Positions 9,328 to 19,522 of a DNA stretch of 64,000 bases are shown here, piece after piece. The first letter of the stretch is position 1; every line of letters begins with the position of its first letter. A program made the translations under genes and the position numbers. This stretch comes from Candidatus Xenobia bacterium (GTDB lineage Bacteria > Vulcanimicrobiota > Xenobia > Xenobiales > QWHO01), in assembly GCA_045863235.1 (NCBI GenBank), contig BTUM01000010.1, positions 32,001 to 96,000 on the forward strand, written 5' to 3'. The notes under the pieces were generated by a model. The model ran no database searches and was not told the DNA's origin. It was given only the letters and a program-made list of their open reading frames with translations.

Positions 9328-9972
9328 TCAGCGGCGGATATTGTAGCCGTTGAAGCTGCCCACCGGGCTCGGGTAGTTGTTGACCATGGAGCCGAGCCCG
9401 CCGGGATACAGGTTGGGATTGTTGCAGTAGTCGCGCACCATCATGGGGTCGAGGCCCATGTTGCGAAGGTCGGAGTCGGTCAGCGTGCGCAGGTAATTGG
9501 GGTCATTCATGTTGGGATTGTTGAGCATCGGGTTGTTGAGCATCCCGGAGCCGGCCATCCCGACGCCGGTGTTCACGCCCGAGGTCGCATAGGAGCTGGC
9601 ATAGGTGCTGGGACCGCCGTAGCCCATTCCGAAGCTGCTCATTCCCGAAAGGCTGGCCTGGCGGGCCAGAGTGCTCAACTGCTCCTGGGTGCGGCGCGAC
9701 TCCTGGGCCACCTCGTCCTGGATGCGGCTGACTTCCTGCTGGGCGCCCATGGCGATGGTGTGGCGGGTCTGCTTGCCCCCCTCGACCATCCGTCCCATCT
9801 GAGCGAAGATCTGCTTGACGTCGTCTCCATCCCAATCGGTGCCCTTGATGCTGGGAGTGAAGGCCTCGTCGACCGGGCACCACCCATCATTGGAGGCAAT
9901 GGCCCGCGACGGCGTCGTGTGCTGCGAGGCCGGGGCTTGAGCTCCATTGAGAAAGTGAGCCGGGATGTTCAT
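9328..9972 (-). CDS. hypothetical protein (central coiled coil, G/S/M/N-rich C-terminus)
   Basis: Open frame with host-like codon bias; NNPM/NNPN repeats; ends at the terminator. Confidence 0.6.
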   Translation of the reverse strand: MNIPAHFLNGAQAPASQHTTPSRAIASNDGWCPVDEAFTPSIKGTDWDGDDVKQIFAQMGRMVEGGKQTRHTIAMGAQQEVSRIQDEVAQESRRTQEQLSTLARQASLSGMSSFGMGYGGPSTYASSYATSGVNTGVGMAGSGMLNNPMLNNPNMNDPNYLRTLTDSDLRNMGLDPMMVRDYCNNPNLYPGGLGSMVNNYPSPVGSFNGYNIRR

Positions 9973-10081
9973 GGCTGACATCAGTTTAGCAGATCAAACC
10001 CGAGATCGGAACCCCATTGGTGTTGCCTTTCTGTGTCTCGTTTGCAAAGAGATTGTAAACAGTCAACCATTCAGAAATTTT

Positions 10082-11158
10082 TCAGGGCTGATATCCGGTC
10101 AACTCGGCATAACCACTGCCTCCGCCCACAATGCGCACGGCGCCCTCCCAATAGCGAACCGAGAGCTTCATTTCCTGGTCCTCGAGGTAGGGCTCGAGCT
10201 CGAGGGGGGGGACTCCCCGGGCGGTCAACCGCCAGCGCCGGGGATAGACTTTTCCTCGTTCCAGCACCTCGAGTCGAGCGTCCTCCAGGCGCGTCCAACG
10301 GCCATCCGATTGCACCCTGGTTCCATCCTGGTAGGTCACCTGTCCCTGGCGGTCGCGCAACTGGAAGTACATCACCTCGCTGCCGTCGGCGAGCTGCAGC
10401 CCGAACCAGTCCCAGCCGCTCTCGTTGCGGCTCAGGGCATTGGAGGTCCACTCGTGGTCCATCCAGCTCCAGCCCGCGACGGCCACGCCGTTGACCAGCC
10501 CCCGGGTCTTCAGCCGGGTGCGCGAGACGTAGTAGGAAGCCTGCCCCTCGGCCGTGCCCTTGCGGCTGAAGCCCTGCTCGCCCTGCAGCACCGGCGGCCG
10601 CTCATCAGACAGAGTCAGGTCGAGCGCAATCTGGTCCTGGGAAGCCTGCAGGCGAATGGGATTGAGCCCGCTCGCCTGCCAGCTCCCCAGCCACACCCGC
10701 TCGGGCTCGAAGCCCGCCAACCCCAGGGCCGGGCGGCCAAACTGCTCGAAGCTGGTGAACCGCCCGACGCTCACGTCGGTCACCGCGAAGTGGGCCATGG
10801 CCAGCTGACGGGTGGCCCAGCGGCTTTCTCGAGGCACCTCGCTCGGGCTGAGCGAGCGCCGAAAGAAGGTGAGCTGGTAACCGAAATGGCGGCCATCGGC
10901 GGAATCGAGGTTGCCGGTGTAGTACCACCACTCGCTCTGAAAGTCGGGATGGGGGCCGTGGTCGGAGGGAAACTCCAGCCGGATCGGACGGTCGGCCCGG
11001 GCGAACCCGGCCTGCTGGCTCGGCCCCAGCACCTCGGTGATCTGCATGGTCGCTTCAATCTCGGACCGAGGGGTGGGGCCGCAGGAAGTGGCCAGGACCA
11101 GCAGGAGGATGAGGGCAGCAGTCCCCCGCGTTCCGAGCAGCGGGACTCTAAGAAGCAC
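10082..11158 (-). CDS. AttH/CrtC-like lipocalin-domain lipoprotein
   Basis: [58 protein letters not shown]; lipobox-like LATSC. Confidence 0.85.
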   Translation of the reverse strand: MLLRVPLLGTRGTAALILLLVLATSCGPTPRSEIEATMQITEVLGPSQQAGFARADRPIRLEFPSDHGPHPDFQSEWWYYTGNLDSADGRHFGYQLTFFRRSLSPSEVPRESRWATRQLAMAHFAVTDVSVGRFTSFEQFGRPALGLAGFEPERVWLGSWQASGLNPIRLQASQDQIALDLTLSDERPPVLQGEQGFSRKGTAEGQASYYVSRTRLKTRGLVNGVAVAGWSWMDHEWTSNALSRNESGWDWFGLQLADGSEVMYFQLRDRQGQVTYQDGTRVQSDGRWTRLEDARLEVLERGKVYPRRWRLTARGVPPLELEPYLEDQEMKLSVRYWEGAVRIVGGGSGYAELTGYQP

Positions 11159-11813
11159 GTTCCACCAGCTGCCCGTCATGCAGGTCGAAGACCCGGTCGG
11201 CCAGGCGCAACAGCTCCTGACTGTGAGTGGCCACCAGCAGCGTCTTGCCCCGCTCGCGGAGCAACTCCCCGAGAAGCCCCAGAACCGACTCGCCGGTCTC
11301 GTCATCCAGGTTTCCGGTGGGCTCGTCGGCCAGAATCAGCTCGGGATCGTGGGCCAGGGCCCGAGCCAGAGCCACCCGCTGCTGCTCGCCCCCGGAGAGG
11401 CGCTCGGGGAAACTGTGGGCCCGATCCGCCAGGCCCACCCGGGCCAACAGCTCCCCGACCGCCTCGAAACCCCGGCTGTGGTTCAGCTCCAGGGGCAGGG
11501 CCACGTTCTCCTCCACGGTCAGGGTGGGGATCAGGTTGAAGAACTGGAACACGAAGCCCACGTGGCGGCGCCGCCACAGGGTGCGAGAGCGGTCATCCAG
11601 CTCGCCCAAACGGGTGCCCAGCACCTCGATCCTCCCCGCGTCCGGGAGGTCGATGCCGCTGACCAGGTTGAGCAGGGTGGACTTGCCCGAGCCGCTCTTG
11701 CCCAGCAAGACCACGAACTGACCGGCTTGCACGCTGAGGCTGGCAGCCTTGAGCACGGGTCGAAGACGCCCCGCCTCGCGATAGCTGCGCGAGACCTCGC
11801 TGAGCAGGATCAC
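11148..11813 (-). CDS. ABC transporter ATP-binding protein (LolD/MacB-type)
   Basis: [42 protein letters not shown]. Confidence 0.93.
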   Translation of the reverse strand: MILLSEVSRSYREAGRLRPVLKAASLSVQAGQFVVLLGKSGSGKSTLLNLVSGIDLPDAGRIEVLGTRLGELDDRSRTLWRRRHVGFVFQFFNLIPTLTVEENVALPLELNHSRGFEAVGELLARVGLADRAHSFPERLSGGEQQRVALARALAHDPELILADEPTGNLDDETGESVLGLLGELLRERGKTLLVATHSQELLRLADRVFDLHDGQLVERAS

Positions 11814-12676
11814 GGCTCGGAGGGCCAGCGCACGCGGATCTTCTTGCCGCTCCGAAGGGTGTGGTTCTTGTAGGACCCCGAGAGGGGGAGCGTGGCCTGC
11901 ACCGCCTCCAGCGCCTCCAGCATCAAGGTGATCTCCGCTGCGGTGGGGTCGGAGCGGTCGTGGCGCCGGGTGGAGACCAGCCAGGGGATCAGGCCCGGCT
12001 CGGGCAGAGGCCAGTTGTGCCGCCGAGCCTCGGCCAGCAAGCGCGGCCCGGCTTCCTGCTCGTTGAGAAACGAGAGCGAGAGCAGCGGACTGCGGGCCAG
12101 GGTGGGCTGGTCTTCGCTGAGGGCGGCCACGGCCGCCTGCTTGTTGAGAAACAGAGCCAGCCCACGCTGCAGGTCGGCTCCCCCCATCACCGAGACCCAG
12201 ATGGGCGAGGGGTCAAGGCCCTCCAGGCGGGCCAGCTGCACATCGTCGATCTCGGTCCACAGCTGGCGTTGCCAGAAGTCGGTGGCCGCCAGGCACAGCT
12301 CGGCCACCCGCTCGGGGGTCACCTCGGGGCGACCCAGGTAACCGGGCAGGGTCGCGTCCAGGGCCTGCTCCAGGCTGTCGTAGGCGGCCTCGAGCACGCG
12401 CGCGTCTTCGGGGGCTGGCAGCTTCAGCTCTTTGCGGGGCGAAAGCCAGCGCTCGGGCTGGCCGGCGGTGCCCTGGAGAGGATTGCGGGCAGCCTTCTCC
12501 ATCAGCTCGAGCTCCAGGGCCACGGGGCTGTCGGCCTCGATGGCCTCCACCAGCTTGAGCTGACCGTCCGAGCCCACCCAGACCACCACGTCTATGGGAC
12601 GGCCCTCCACGGTTTGAGAAGAGCGACGCCGGTCGCCCAGCCAGGTCTCGCCGGTCAGGATGGGGAGATCGTCCAC
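11810..12676 (-). CDS. hypothetical protein
   Basis: 288-aa frame with good codon bias, 4-nt overlap with the ABC ATPase. Confidence 0.65.
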   Translation of the reverse strand: MDDLPILTGETWLGDRRRSSQTVEGRPIDVVVWVGSDGQLKLVEAIEADSPVALELELMEKAARNPLQGTAGQPERWLSPRKELKLPAPEDARVLEAAYDSLEQALDATLPGYLGRPEVTPERVAELCLAATDFWQRQLWTEIDDVQLARLEGLDPSPIWVSVMGGADLQRGLALFLNKQAAVAALSEDQPTLARSPLLSLSFLNEQEAGPRLLAEARRHNWPLPEPGLIPWLVSTRRHDRSDPTAAEITLMLEALEAVQATLPLSGSYKNHTLRSGKKIRVRWPSEP

Positions 12677-12817
12677 GAGGCTCGCGTTCGACCGGGGGGA
12701 CGCTCACCCTGCCGTCCGAGAGCGAGAGCCATCCACGTGGATGTTGATCAGGATCACTGAAGCCCATCTTCCGTCAGGGATACACTGGGGTTATAATTAA
12801 CCAGGAGGATACACGAC

Positions 12818-13054
12818 GTGGACGCACTCGAACGAAGGCTTCAGCAGCTAGAGTCCCTGCAGTCGGAAGAATTTCGGCTCATCTTGGGCGCCTTCGAGCA
12901 GCAGAAGAAGGCCATGCAGAGCTACGCGGACACCTGGACGGAAATCTACGGTGCTCTGCGTGACATCGTCCGGACTGAGCGCACCGAGACGCGTGAGGAG
13001 ATCCGGCGCATCCACGAGCGTTTGAGCCGCCTGGAGAATCCTCCCGCGGCTTGA
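12818..13054 (+). CDS. small coiled-coil hypothetical protein
   Basis: TATAAT (12792-12797) and AGGAGG (12803-12808) before GTG; heptad-like sequence ending RLENPPAA. Confidence 0.75.
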   Translation: MDALERRLQQLESLQSEEFRLILGAFEQQKKAMQSYADTWTEIYGALRDIVRTERTETREEIRRIHERLSRLENPPAA

Positions 13055-13111
13055 GCTTCGTCGCCTTGACCGTGCCGCGACACGTGCCGGGTACGAGCGA
13101 TGCGACGAAGT

Positions 13112-14968
13112 TCAACCCAAGCTGATCAAGAGCGCCTGGGCCTCCACCGTGTCCCCCACGGCAAAGTGGACCTCCTCCACCCGCCCGGCACGAGGCGCGA
13201 GCACGGTGTGCTCCATCTTCATCGCCTCCAGCTTGAGCAGCGCCGCGCCCGCCTCCACCTCGTCTCCCACCGCCACCAGCACCTCCAGCACCTTGCCCGG
13301 CATGGGGGCGTAGAGCGAGCCGGCCGGAGCCGCCGCCGGCTCGGGCTCGGGCAGCTGGGGCAGGCTCTCCAGCCGGGTGGGGCCGCTGACCAGGCTGTGC
13401 ACCCACCAGCTTTCGCCCTGGCGCAGCGCGAGCACGGTCTGGTAGTGCCCGTCCAGCGCCAGCCGCAACTCGGGCAGCTGGTGCTCGAGCAGCTCCAGGC
13501 GATGCTCGCTCTGATCCACCACCAGACGGTAGAGACTTCCCCCGCGAAGAGGCGGGAAGAGCTGCACCTCGCGCACTGCCCCCGAAGGCCCGCGATAGCG
13601 CCGCGGAGGGGCCCCGCCGGGCTGGATGCGCCAGAAGTCGTGCGGGCTCTCCAGCCATTCGGCCAGGGCGGCCGCAGCCAGCACCACTGGCTCCATCTCA
13701 GCCGCCTCCGCCAGAGGGTTGCGAGAGAGCCAGGTCGTGTCCAGCGGACCGGCTTCGAGGGCCCGAACCAGCGAGCGCAGAAGGGTCAGATTGCTGACCA
13801 CACCCAGCAGCACCGTCTGCTCCAGGGCCCGGCCCAGTCGGCGAAGAGCCGTGCCCCGATCGGGTCCATGGGCCACCAGCTTGGCCAGCATCGGATCGTA
13901 GCCGGCGCTCACCTGATCGCCGGTGGCCAGGGCCGTCTCCACCCGCACCCCCGGGCCCGGTTTGAAGAGGAGCACCGGGCCGGTGGCGGGCAGGCCGGTG
14001 CGCGGGTCCTCGGCATAGAGGCGGGCCTCCACGCTGTGCCCCCGCTCCTCGGGAACGGCCGGCAGGCGCTCGCCCATGGCCACCCGCAACTGCCACTCCA
14101 CCAGGTCCAGGCCCAGCACCTCCTCGGTGACCGGATGCTCGACCTGCAATCGCGTGTTCATCTCCAAAAAGTAGAACCCGTCGTCCTCGACCAGGAACTC
14201 CACCGTGCCGGCATTCTGGTAGGCCACCGCCCGGGCCACTCGCAGAGCGGCCTCGTGCAGCTCGTGGCGGCGGGGCAGATCGGGCGCCGGGGCCTCCTCG
14301 ATCACCTTCTGGTGACGACGCTGCAACGAGCAGTCACGGTCGCCCAGGGCCAGCAACTGGCCGTGGGCGTCTCCGAAGACCTGCACCTCGACGTGACGGG
14401 GCTCGAGCAGCGCCCTTTCGACCAGCAGCGCGCCCGAGCCGAAGGCGGCCTCGGCCTCGCGCCGGGCCGAGGCCAGGGAAGCCTCAAGCTCCGAGGCGCT
14501 GCCAATCAGGCGCATTCCCTTGCCTCCCCCGCCGGCGGCCGCCTTCAGCATGAGCGGATATCCCAGGTGTGAGGCCAGCTCCACCGGCCCCCCGGGAAGC
14601 ACCGGAACCCCCTGGGCAGCGGCCAGCTCGCGGGCCGCCCGCTTGTCGCCCATGGCCTCGATGGCCTCGGGGGTGGGGCCCACCCAGGTCAATCGCGCCT
14701 CCTGCACGGCCCGGGCGAAGGCCGCGTTCTCGGCCAGAAATCCGTAGCCGGGGTGGACCGCGTCGCAGCCCGAGCGACGGGCCGCCTCCACCAGGGCCGC
14801 TACGTCAAGGTAGCCCGGCACGGCCACCGCCTGCTCCACTGCCCGCAGGTGTCCCGAGCCCACGTCGTCGGGCGCGAACACCCCCACCGGGCGAATGCCC
14901 AGCTTGAGGCAGGTGCGGGCGATGCGGGCGGCGATCTCGCCCCGGTTGGCGATGAGCAGCGCGTTCAA
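13112..14968 (-). CDS. acyl-CoA carboxylase alpha subunit (biotin carboxylase + biotinyl domain; MCC/geranyl-CoA carboxylase type)
   Basis: LIANRGEIA, HPGYGFLAEN, AAAGGGGKGMR, RDCSLQRRHQK, EMNTRLQVEHPVTE, EAMKM. Confidence 0.93.
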   Translation of the reverse strand: MNALLIANRGEIAARIARTCLKLGIRPVGVFAPDDVGSGHLRAVEQAVAVPGYLDVAALVEAARRSGCDAVHPGYGFLAENAAFARAVQEARLTWVGPTPEAIEAMGDKRAARELAAAQGVPVLPGGPVELASHLGYPLMLKAAAGGGGKGMRLIGSASELEASLASARREAEAAFGSGALLVERALLEPRHVEVQVFGDAHGQLLALGDRDCSLQRRHQKVIEEAPAPDLPRRHELHEAALRVARAVAYQNAGTVEFLVEDDGFYFLEMNTRLQVEHPVTEEVLGLDLVEWQLRVAMGERLPAVPEERGHSVEARLYAEDPRTGLPATGPVLLFKPGPGVRVETALATGDQVSAGYDPMLAKLVAHGPDRGTALRRLGRALEQTVLLGVVSNLTLLRSLVRALEAGPLDTTWLSRNPLAEAAEMEPVVLAAAALAEWLESPHDFWRIQPGGAPPRRYRGPSGAVREVQLFPPLRGGSLYRLVVDQSEHRLELLEHQLPELRLALDGHYQTVLALRQGESWWVHSLVSGPTRLESLPQLPEPEPAAAPAGSLYAPMPGKVLEVLVAVGDEVEAGAALLKLEAMKMEHTVLAPRAGRVEEVHFAVGDTVEAQALLISLG

Positions 14969-16119
14969 CGGGGCAGCAGGCCCTCGTACTTGGCGATGAT
15001 GTTGAGCATCACCTCATCGGCGCCGGCTCCGATGCTCAAAAGGCGCGCGTCGCGGTAGTAGCGGGCCATCGGGTATTCCTCGGCGTAGCCCATGCCGCCG
15101 TGGAACTGAACGCAGGTATCGGCCACCTCGCGCACCAGGCGGCCGGCCTTGAGCTTGGCCATGCTCACCTGGCGGGTCATGTCCTCGCCGGCCACCAGCA
15201 GGCGCGTGCAGTGATAGTTGAGCTGGCGCAACGCCTCGAGCTCGGTCAGAAGCTCGCACAGGCGGAAGTAGATCCACTGGTTCTCCACCAGAGGCTTGCC
15301 GAACACCTTGCGCTGCCGGCAGTAATCGATGGTCATCCGGATGGTCTTCTCGGCCGCGGTGACGGCCATCACCGAGCCCACCAGGCGCTCTTTCTGGAAC
15401 TGCTTCATCTGCAGCACGAAGCCGTTGCCCTCGTCGCCGATGCGGTTCTTGACCGGAACGCGGGCGTCCTCGAAGCTCAGCACGGCGGTATCAGAGGAGT
15501 GATTGCCCATCTTCTCGAGCTTGCGGCTCACCTTGAAACCGGGGGTATCGCGCGGCACCACCAGCAATGACATGCCCCGAAAGCCCCCCTCATCGGACGT
15601 GCGGCACAACACCACGATGAAGTCAGCCTGAGTGCCGTTGGTGATCCACATCTTGGAGCCGTTGACCAGGTAATCATCCCCGTCGCGCCGGGCCCGGGTG
15701 GTGATGGCGGCCACGTCCGAGCCGGCGTCCGGCTCGCTGACGGCGATGGCGGCCATCAGCTCGCCCCGGATGGCGGGTGCCAGAAAGCGCTCGCGCAGCT
15801 CGTCGGTGCCGAACTCGGCCAGGGCCGGGGTGGCCATGTCGGTGTGCACCAGGATGCCCATGGGCACGCCCATGCAGTCGGTCCTGGCCATCTCCTCGGC
15901 GAAGACGATGTTGAACCAGTAGTCCAGGCCGGCTCCGCCGTATTCGGGCGGGTAGGAGACGCCCAGCATGCCCAGCGGGCCCATCTTGCTCAGAAGCTCG
16001 CGGCCCGGGAAGATGCGCTCGGCCTCCCAGCGCTCCACATTGGGGTTGATCTCGCTCTCCACGAAGCGCCGCACGGTCTGGCGGAACATCTCGTGCTCGG
16101 GGGTGAACGTCAACTTCAC
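14965..16119 (-). CDS. acyl-CoA dehydrogenase (AtuD/citronellyl-CoA dehydrogenase-like)
   Basis: AVSEPDAGSDV, NGSKMWITNG, QFHGGMGY, YRDARLLSIGAGADEVM; GGAGG RBS. Confidence 0.92.
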   Translation of the reverse strand: MKLTFTPEHEMFRQTVRRFVESEINPNVERWEAERIFPGRELLSKMGPLGMLGVSYPPEYGGAGLDYWFNIVFAEEMARTDCMGVPMGILVHTDMATPALAEFGTDELRERFLAPAIRGELMAAIAVSEPDAGSDVAAITTRARRDGDDYLVNGSKMWITNGTQADFIVVLCRTSDEGGFRGMSLLVVPRDTPGFKVSRKLEKMGNHSSDTAVLSFEDARVPVKNRIGDEGNGFVLQMKQFQKERLVGSVMAVTAAEKTIRMTIDYCRQRKVFGKPLVENQWIYFRLCELLTELEALRQLNYHCTRLLVAGEDMTRQVSMAKLKAGRLVREVADTCVQFHGGMGYAEEYPMARYYRDARLLSIGAGADEVMLNIIAKYEGLLPR

Positions 16120-16363
16120 AGACCTCCGTTCCTGGGCTCAGGTGGCGAAGTTAGCCTCCCCGGGGTCGATCTCCCCCCGAGGATCGATCGGCCAGGTCGA
16201 CCGGCGTGGAACATCAATTCCAGGAGGAGCGAGTTGTCCCCGAGCCTCCGGAGCGATTCCAGGGCATTTCGAATGAATTCCCAGCTGGGCGCAGCAGCAA
16301 TCCTACATGTCAGGCTGACCTGGCCAAAGGAATGCTCTTCAAGAGGTCGAAGGGGGTGGCGCC

Positions 16364-16825
16364 ATGAAGATAATGCCCAGAGCGATTGAGGGTCTGATCG
16401 TAAGTCCCGTCGGGGACGGAGACTCGGTAGTCTTCAATAAACAGCAGAATCGCGTTCACTCTCTGAATGCCGTGGCTGCCAGGGTTCTCTCGGCGTGCGA
16501 CGGGGTCACTCCGATGAGCGACGTTGTGCAAGCTCTGGCACCAGCTTATGGTGACAGTACCGAAGATGTCCTCTGGTTAACGCTCCGGAGGCTGCAGAGC
16601 TCAGGCCTGCTGGCCACTCCCCTGCCAGGCAACGGGCTCTCATCCAGACGCGAGTTCTTGGGCAAATGGGGCAAGATCGCGGCCGCGCTGCCCATCGTGG
16701 CCTCCATCGCCGCTCCGGCGCCGGCGGCCGCCCAGTCAGCTGGATGCGGGTTCTTTGGAGACCCCTGTCCCTGCTGTCCCGGTTTTGGTCTCGCTTGCGT
16801 GGGCGGTATTTGCACTGCCACCTGA
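16364..16825 (+). CDS. PqqD/RRE-domain protein fused to a twin-arginine-like signal and a Cys-rich C-terminal peptide
   Basis: VHSLNAVAARVLSACDG...LRRLQSSGLL (PqqD pattern); SSRREFL...AALPIVASIAAPAPAAA/QS; tail CGFFGDPCPCCPGFGLACVGGIC. Confidence 0.8.
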   Translation: MKIMPRAIEGLIVSPVGDGDSVVFNKQQNRVHSLNAVAARVLSACDGVTPMSDVVQALAPAYGDSTEDVLWLTLRRLQSSGLLATPLPGNGLSSRREFLGKWGKIAAALPIVASIAAPAPAAAQSAGCGFFGDPCPCCPGFGLACVGGICTAT

Positions 16826-17928
16826 GCGTAGCCGGCCGACTCTTTGACCGCTGGCGACCCCTGGCCCCTCTCTGGCGGGCTGCTTACCTGAACGACGAGC
16901 GAGCGATCCAATCGTGGCTCACCTGGCGCGGCAACAATCCTCTGGCCAGCCAACCAGGCTACCTTCCGAGCGTGTTAGGCAACCTCCGCCGACTGGGCTA
17001 CAAGGACGCAGACTTCGGTTTTCTCGAGCATCTCGAAGAAGAATTCTGGTCTCACCTCGAGTTAATCGAGCGCGGAGGCGAGCGAGCCCTGGGCCACCTG
17101 CACCAACAGGGCATCCCTACCCTGCGACTCAAGGGAGCTGCCATGGTGAAGTCCTACTACCGCGAGTCCGGCTCCCGCTGGATGGCCGACTTCGACATCC
17201 TGGTTCCTCGCCACGATGCGGCTCGGGCCCTGGATGCCCTGGCCAGCCAGGGCTGGGTGAGCGACCATGATCTACCCCTTTCCCAGATGCTGACACATCA
17301 CAGTCAGGGTCACCGGCACCCGGACCACCCTGGCTACCGGATCGATCTGCACTGGCATGCCCTGTCCGAATGCCGCTGGCCCGGTTCCGACGAAGCAGTT
17401 TGGAGCCGCAGCCGAGACGGACTGCTCGATCCGGCCGACCATCTGGTGGTACTATGCTGCAATGCCGCCCGGGACAACTCCCGCTCTCCCTGGCTACTGG
17501 ATGCCAGCGCCATTCTGGAGCGGACCGGTGAACAGCTCGACTGGTCGGTGGTGATTTCAGAAAGTCGAGCCCGCCGAGTTGAGATCCCGGTGGCGGCCGC
17601 TCTGGCCTTCCTGGGTAGCGAGCTGGGGCTACCAGTATCCCGGGCCCTGGATGAGGCCCCCTCCGCATGGTGCGACGGGGTTTACTTCTGGAGCCAGATG
17701 CACGCCTCCCCGTTGGCGATGCTGGCTGAAACCTGGTGTGATTTTCTACGCACCGATCGACCGGGCTGGCGATGGTGGAGGATACTCGACTTCCTGCAAG
17801 AGCGATGGGGTGTCAGCGGGCCGCTCCCTCTAGGGGCCGAGCTGCTGCGGCGCGCCCGCAGGCGGCTTGTCCGCAATCGACCGGCCGACTTCCCCTCCAA
17901 AGCAATTCAGAGTGTGGCTTCCGGATGA
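16822..17928 (+). CDS. nucleotidyltransferase family protein (NTP_transf_5-like)
   Basis: LKGAAM..YY.....RWMADFDILVP, IDLHW, WLLD motifs; start uncertain (CTG 16822 overlapping the upstream stop, or TTG 16810). Confidence 0.78.
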   Translation: MSVAGRLFDRWRPLAPLWRAAYLNDERAIQSWLTWRGNNPLASQPGYLPSVLGNLRRLGYKDADFGFLEHLEEEFWSHLELIERGGERALGHLHQQGIPTLRLKGAAMVKSYYRESGSRWMADFDILVPRHDAARALDALASQGWVSDHDLPLSQMLTHHSQGHRHPDHPGYRIDLHWHALSECRWPGSDEAVWSRSRDGLLDPADHLVVLCCNAARDNSRSPWLLDASAILERTGEQLDWSVVISESRARRVEIPVAAALAFLGSELGLPVSRALDEAPSAWCDGVYFWSQMHASPLAMLAETWCDFLRTDRPGWRWWRILDFLQERWGVSGPLPLGAELLRRARRRLVRNRPADFPSKAIQSVASG

Positions 17929-17982
17929 CCTGGCCATTGTCGCGTGGGGGTCGTCGAAAGCGAGATACCGCTGCCGATTCCT

Positions 17983-18783
17983 TTACAGGCCCAGATATTC
18001 TCGTTCCTCATAAAGACGCATCAGATTGTCAAAAAAGCTGCTCCCCTTGTCCACCATGAGCACCTGGCCGCTGACCCCATCCATCAACCCCGAGCAGAGA
18101 GCCAGGATGACGTTGGCGACCTCCTCGCACGTGATGAACTGGTTGGCGCCGAAGCGGCTGGCGAAGTCCTCGAACTCGGGGCCGAAGGTCGCCCGCAGCG
18201 ACTCGGTGCGCACCAGTCGCGAGCGAACCACGTTGATGCGGATGTCCTCAGCGTGGAGTCGAAAGTTGATGTATCGACAGAGGGTCTCCATGACGGCTTT
18301 GGAGGCGGCCACGAAGTCATAGTTCTTGTAGAAGGCGTCCGGCCCCCCGCTGGACAGACCGACGACGTAACGGGGATAACGGCCGAAGGATGCCTGGATG
18401 GCTCGGGTAATGGCGTACATGGGCCAGGCACTGTAGTGAATGCTCTGGTAGAGGGCGCGCTCCTCATAATCCTCCAGGCCCCTGACGATCAGGGCCACCG
18501 AGACGTTTGAGACAAATGCTTCCACGCCATCGTGCTCGGCTTTCATGCGGGCCAACAGCTCTTTGCTGTCCTCTTCCCGGCCGACATCGGCGCAAACGAT
18601 CCGGGGGGTCGGGAGTCCGGCGTCACGGAACTGTTTGAGGACCTCATCCTCCTCGGCCGTACCCCACTTGTGGGTCAGCCATGCCACCGCGCCCTGTCGG
18701 GCGAAAGCCAGTCCGGTCGCCAGCCCGATGCCCATGGTGGCGCCGGTGATCAGCACCGCCTTCCCGCTGAAGTCATTGATCAA
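17983..18783 (-). CDS. SDR enoyl-ACP reductase, FabL-like
   Basis: GKAVLITGATMGIG; YDFVAASKAVMETLCRY (Y-x6-K, FabL/FabI type); TTG start after GAGGA. Confidence 0.75.
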   Translation of the reverse strand: MINDFSGKAVLITGATMGIGLATGLAFARQGAVAWLTHKWGTAEEDEVLKQFRDAGLPTPRIVCADVGREEDSKELLARMKAEHDGVEAFVSNVSVALIVRGLEDYEERALYQSIHYSAWPMYAITRAIQASFGRYPRYVVGLSSGGPDAFYKNYDFVAASKAVMETLCRYINFRLHAEDIRINVVRSRLVRTESLRATFGPEFEDFASRFGANQFITCEEVANVILALCSGLMDGVSGQVLMVDKGSSFFDNLMRLYEEREYLGL

Positions 18784-19522
18784 GAGATTCCTCGATTCCG
18801 CTCCGAGCCTCTGGCGAGGCAAAACTCACCCGGTGCATCAGAGACTCGACGGTGTGCGTGCGCTCAAAGGCCTGGCGGCGGGGCAGGGAGAGGGTGCGTT
18901 TGAGGATCTCCAGCGCGCCGCGAGGTTTCTCGGCAAATCGGGCGGCCAGGTCCATGGCCCTTCCCAGCACCTGCTCGCGCGGCAGGATGGCATTGAAGCC
19001 GCTGCGCCCCTCGAACCAGGAGCCCTTCTTCGGCTCGCCTCCGAACAAGAGCTCGCAAGCCAGGGCCGGGGTCATGACGTGGGTGAGCAGTTCGGTGAGG
19101 CCCATTCCCGGAGTGAACCCCATGTTCATGAAACTGGCGCCATAACGGCTCTCCCGGGCGATCAGCAGGATGTCGGCGCAAATTCCCAGCGCCAGCCCTC
19201 CCCCGATGGCGTGCCCTTCCATGGCAGCGATGACGGGCACCGGAAGATCGAGCACCACCTTGGGGAGCACGATGTCGGCTGGAGCCAACCGTCCCCCCAG
19301 CAGTCCCACCAGCACCTCGCGGCTGGCACCCGAGCAGAACACCTCCGGCAGGCCGCTCAGCACGATGACGCGCAGCTCGGGCCACTCCGTGGCCGCCCGC
19401 AGGTTGGCCAGCAGAGCTTCGACAAAGGCCTCGCTCATCGCGTTCTTGCCCGCTTCGTCGCGCATCGCGATCTGGGCGATCCCGCCTTCGTGACGGAGGC
19501 ACTCGATCACCGTTTCTCCCAT
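18773..19522 (-). CDS. enoyl-CoA hydratase-like ECH2 (PksI-type beta-branching decarboxylase)
   Basis: MRDEAGKNAMS, AAMEGHAIGGGL, FMNMGFTPGMG, LKRTL motifs typical of PksI. Confidence 0.85.
   Translation of the reverse strand: MGETVIECLRHEGGIAQIAMRDEAGKNAMSEAFVEALLANLRAATEWPELRVIVLSGLPEVFCSGASREVLVGLLGGRLAPADIVLPKVVLDLPVPVIAAMEGHAIGGGLALGICADILLIARESRYGASFMNMGFTPGMGLTELLTHVMTPALACELLFGGEPKKGSWFEGRSGFNAILPREQVLGRAMDLAARFAEKPRGALEILKRTLSLPRRQAFERTHTVESLMHRVSFASPEARSGIEESLDQ

Noticed and set aside
16364..17928. Lasso peptide or PQQ biosynthesis cluster
   Set aside because: No lasso cyclase, transglutaminase-like peptidase or pqqBCE genes, and the tail lacks lasso or PqqA features.
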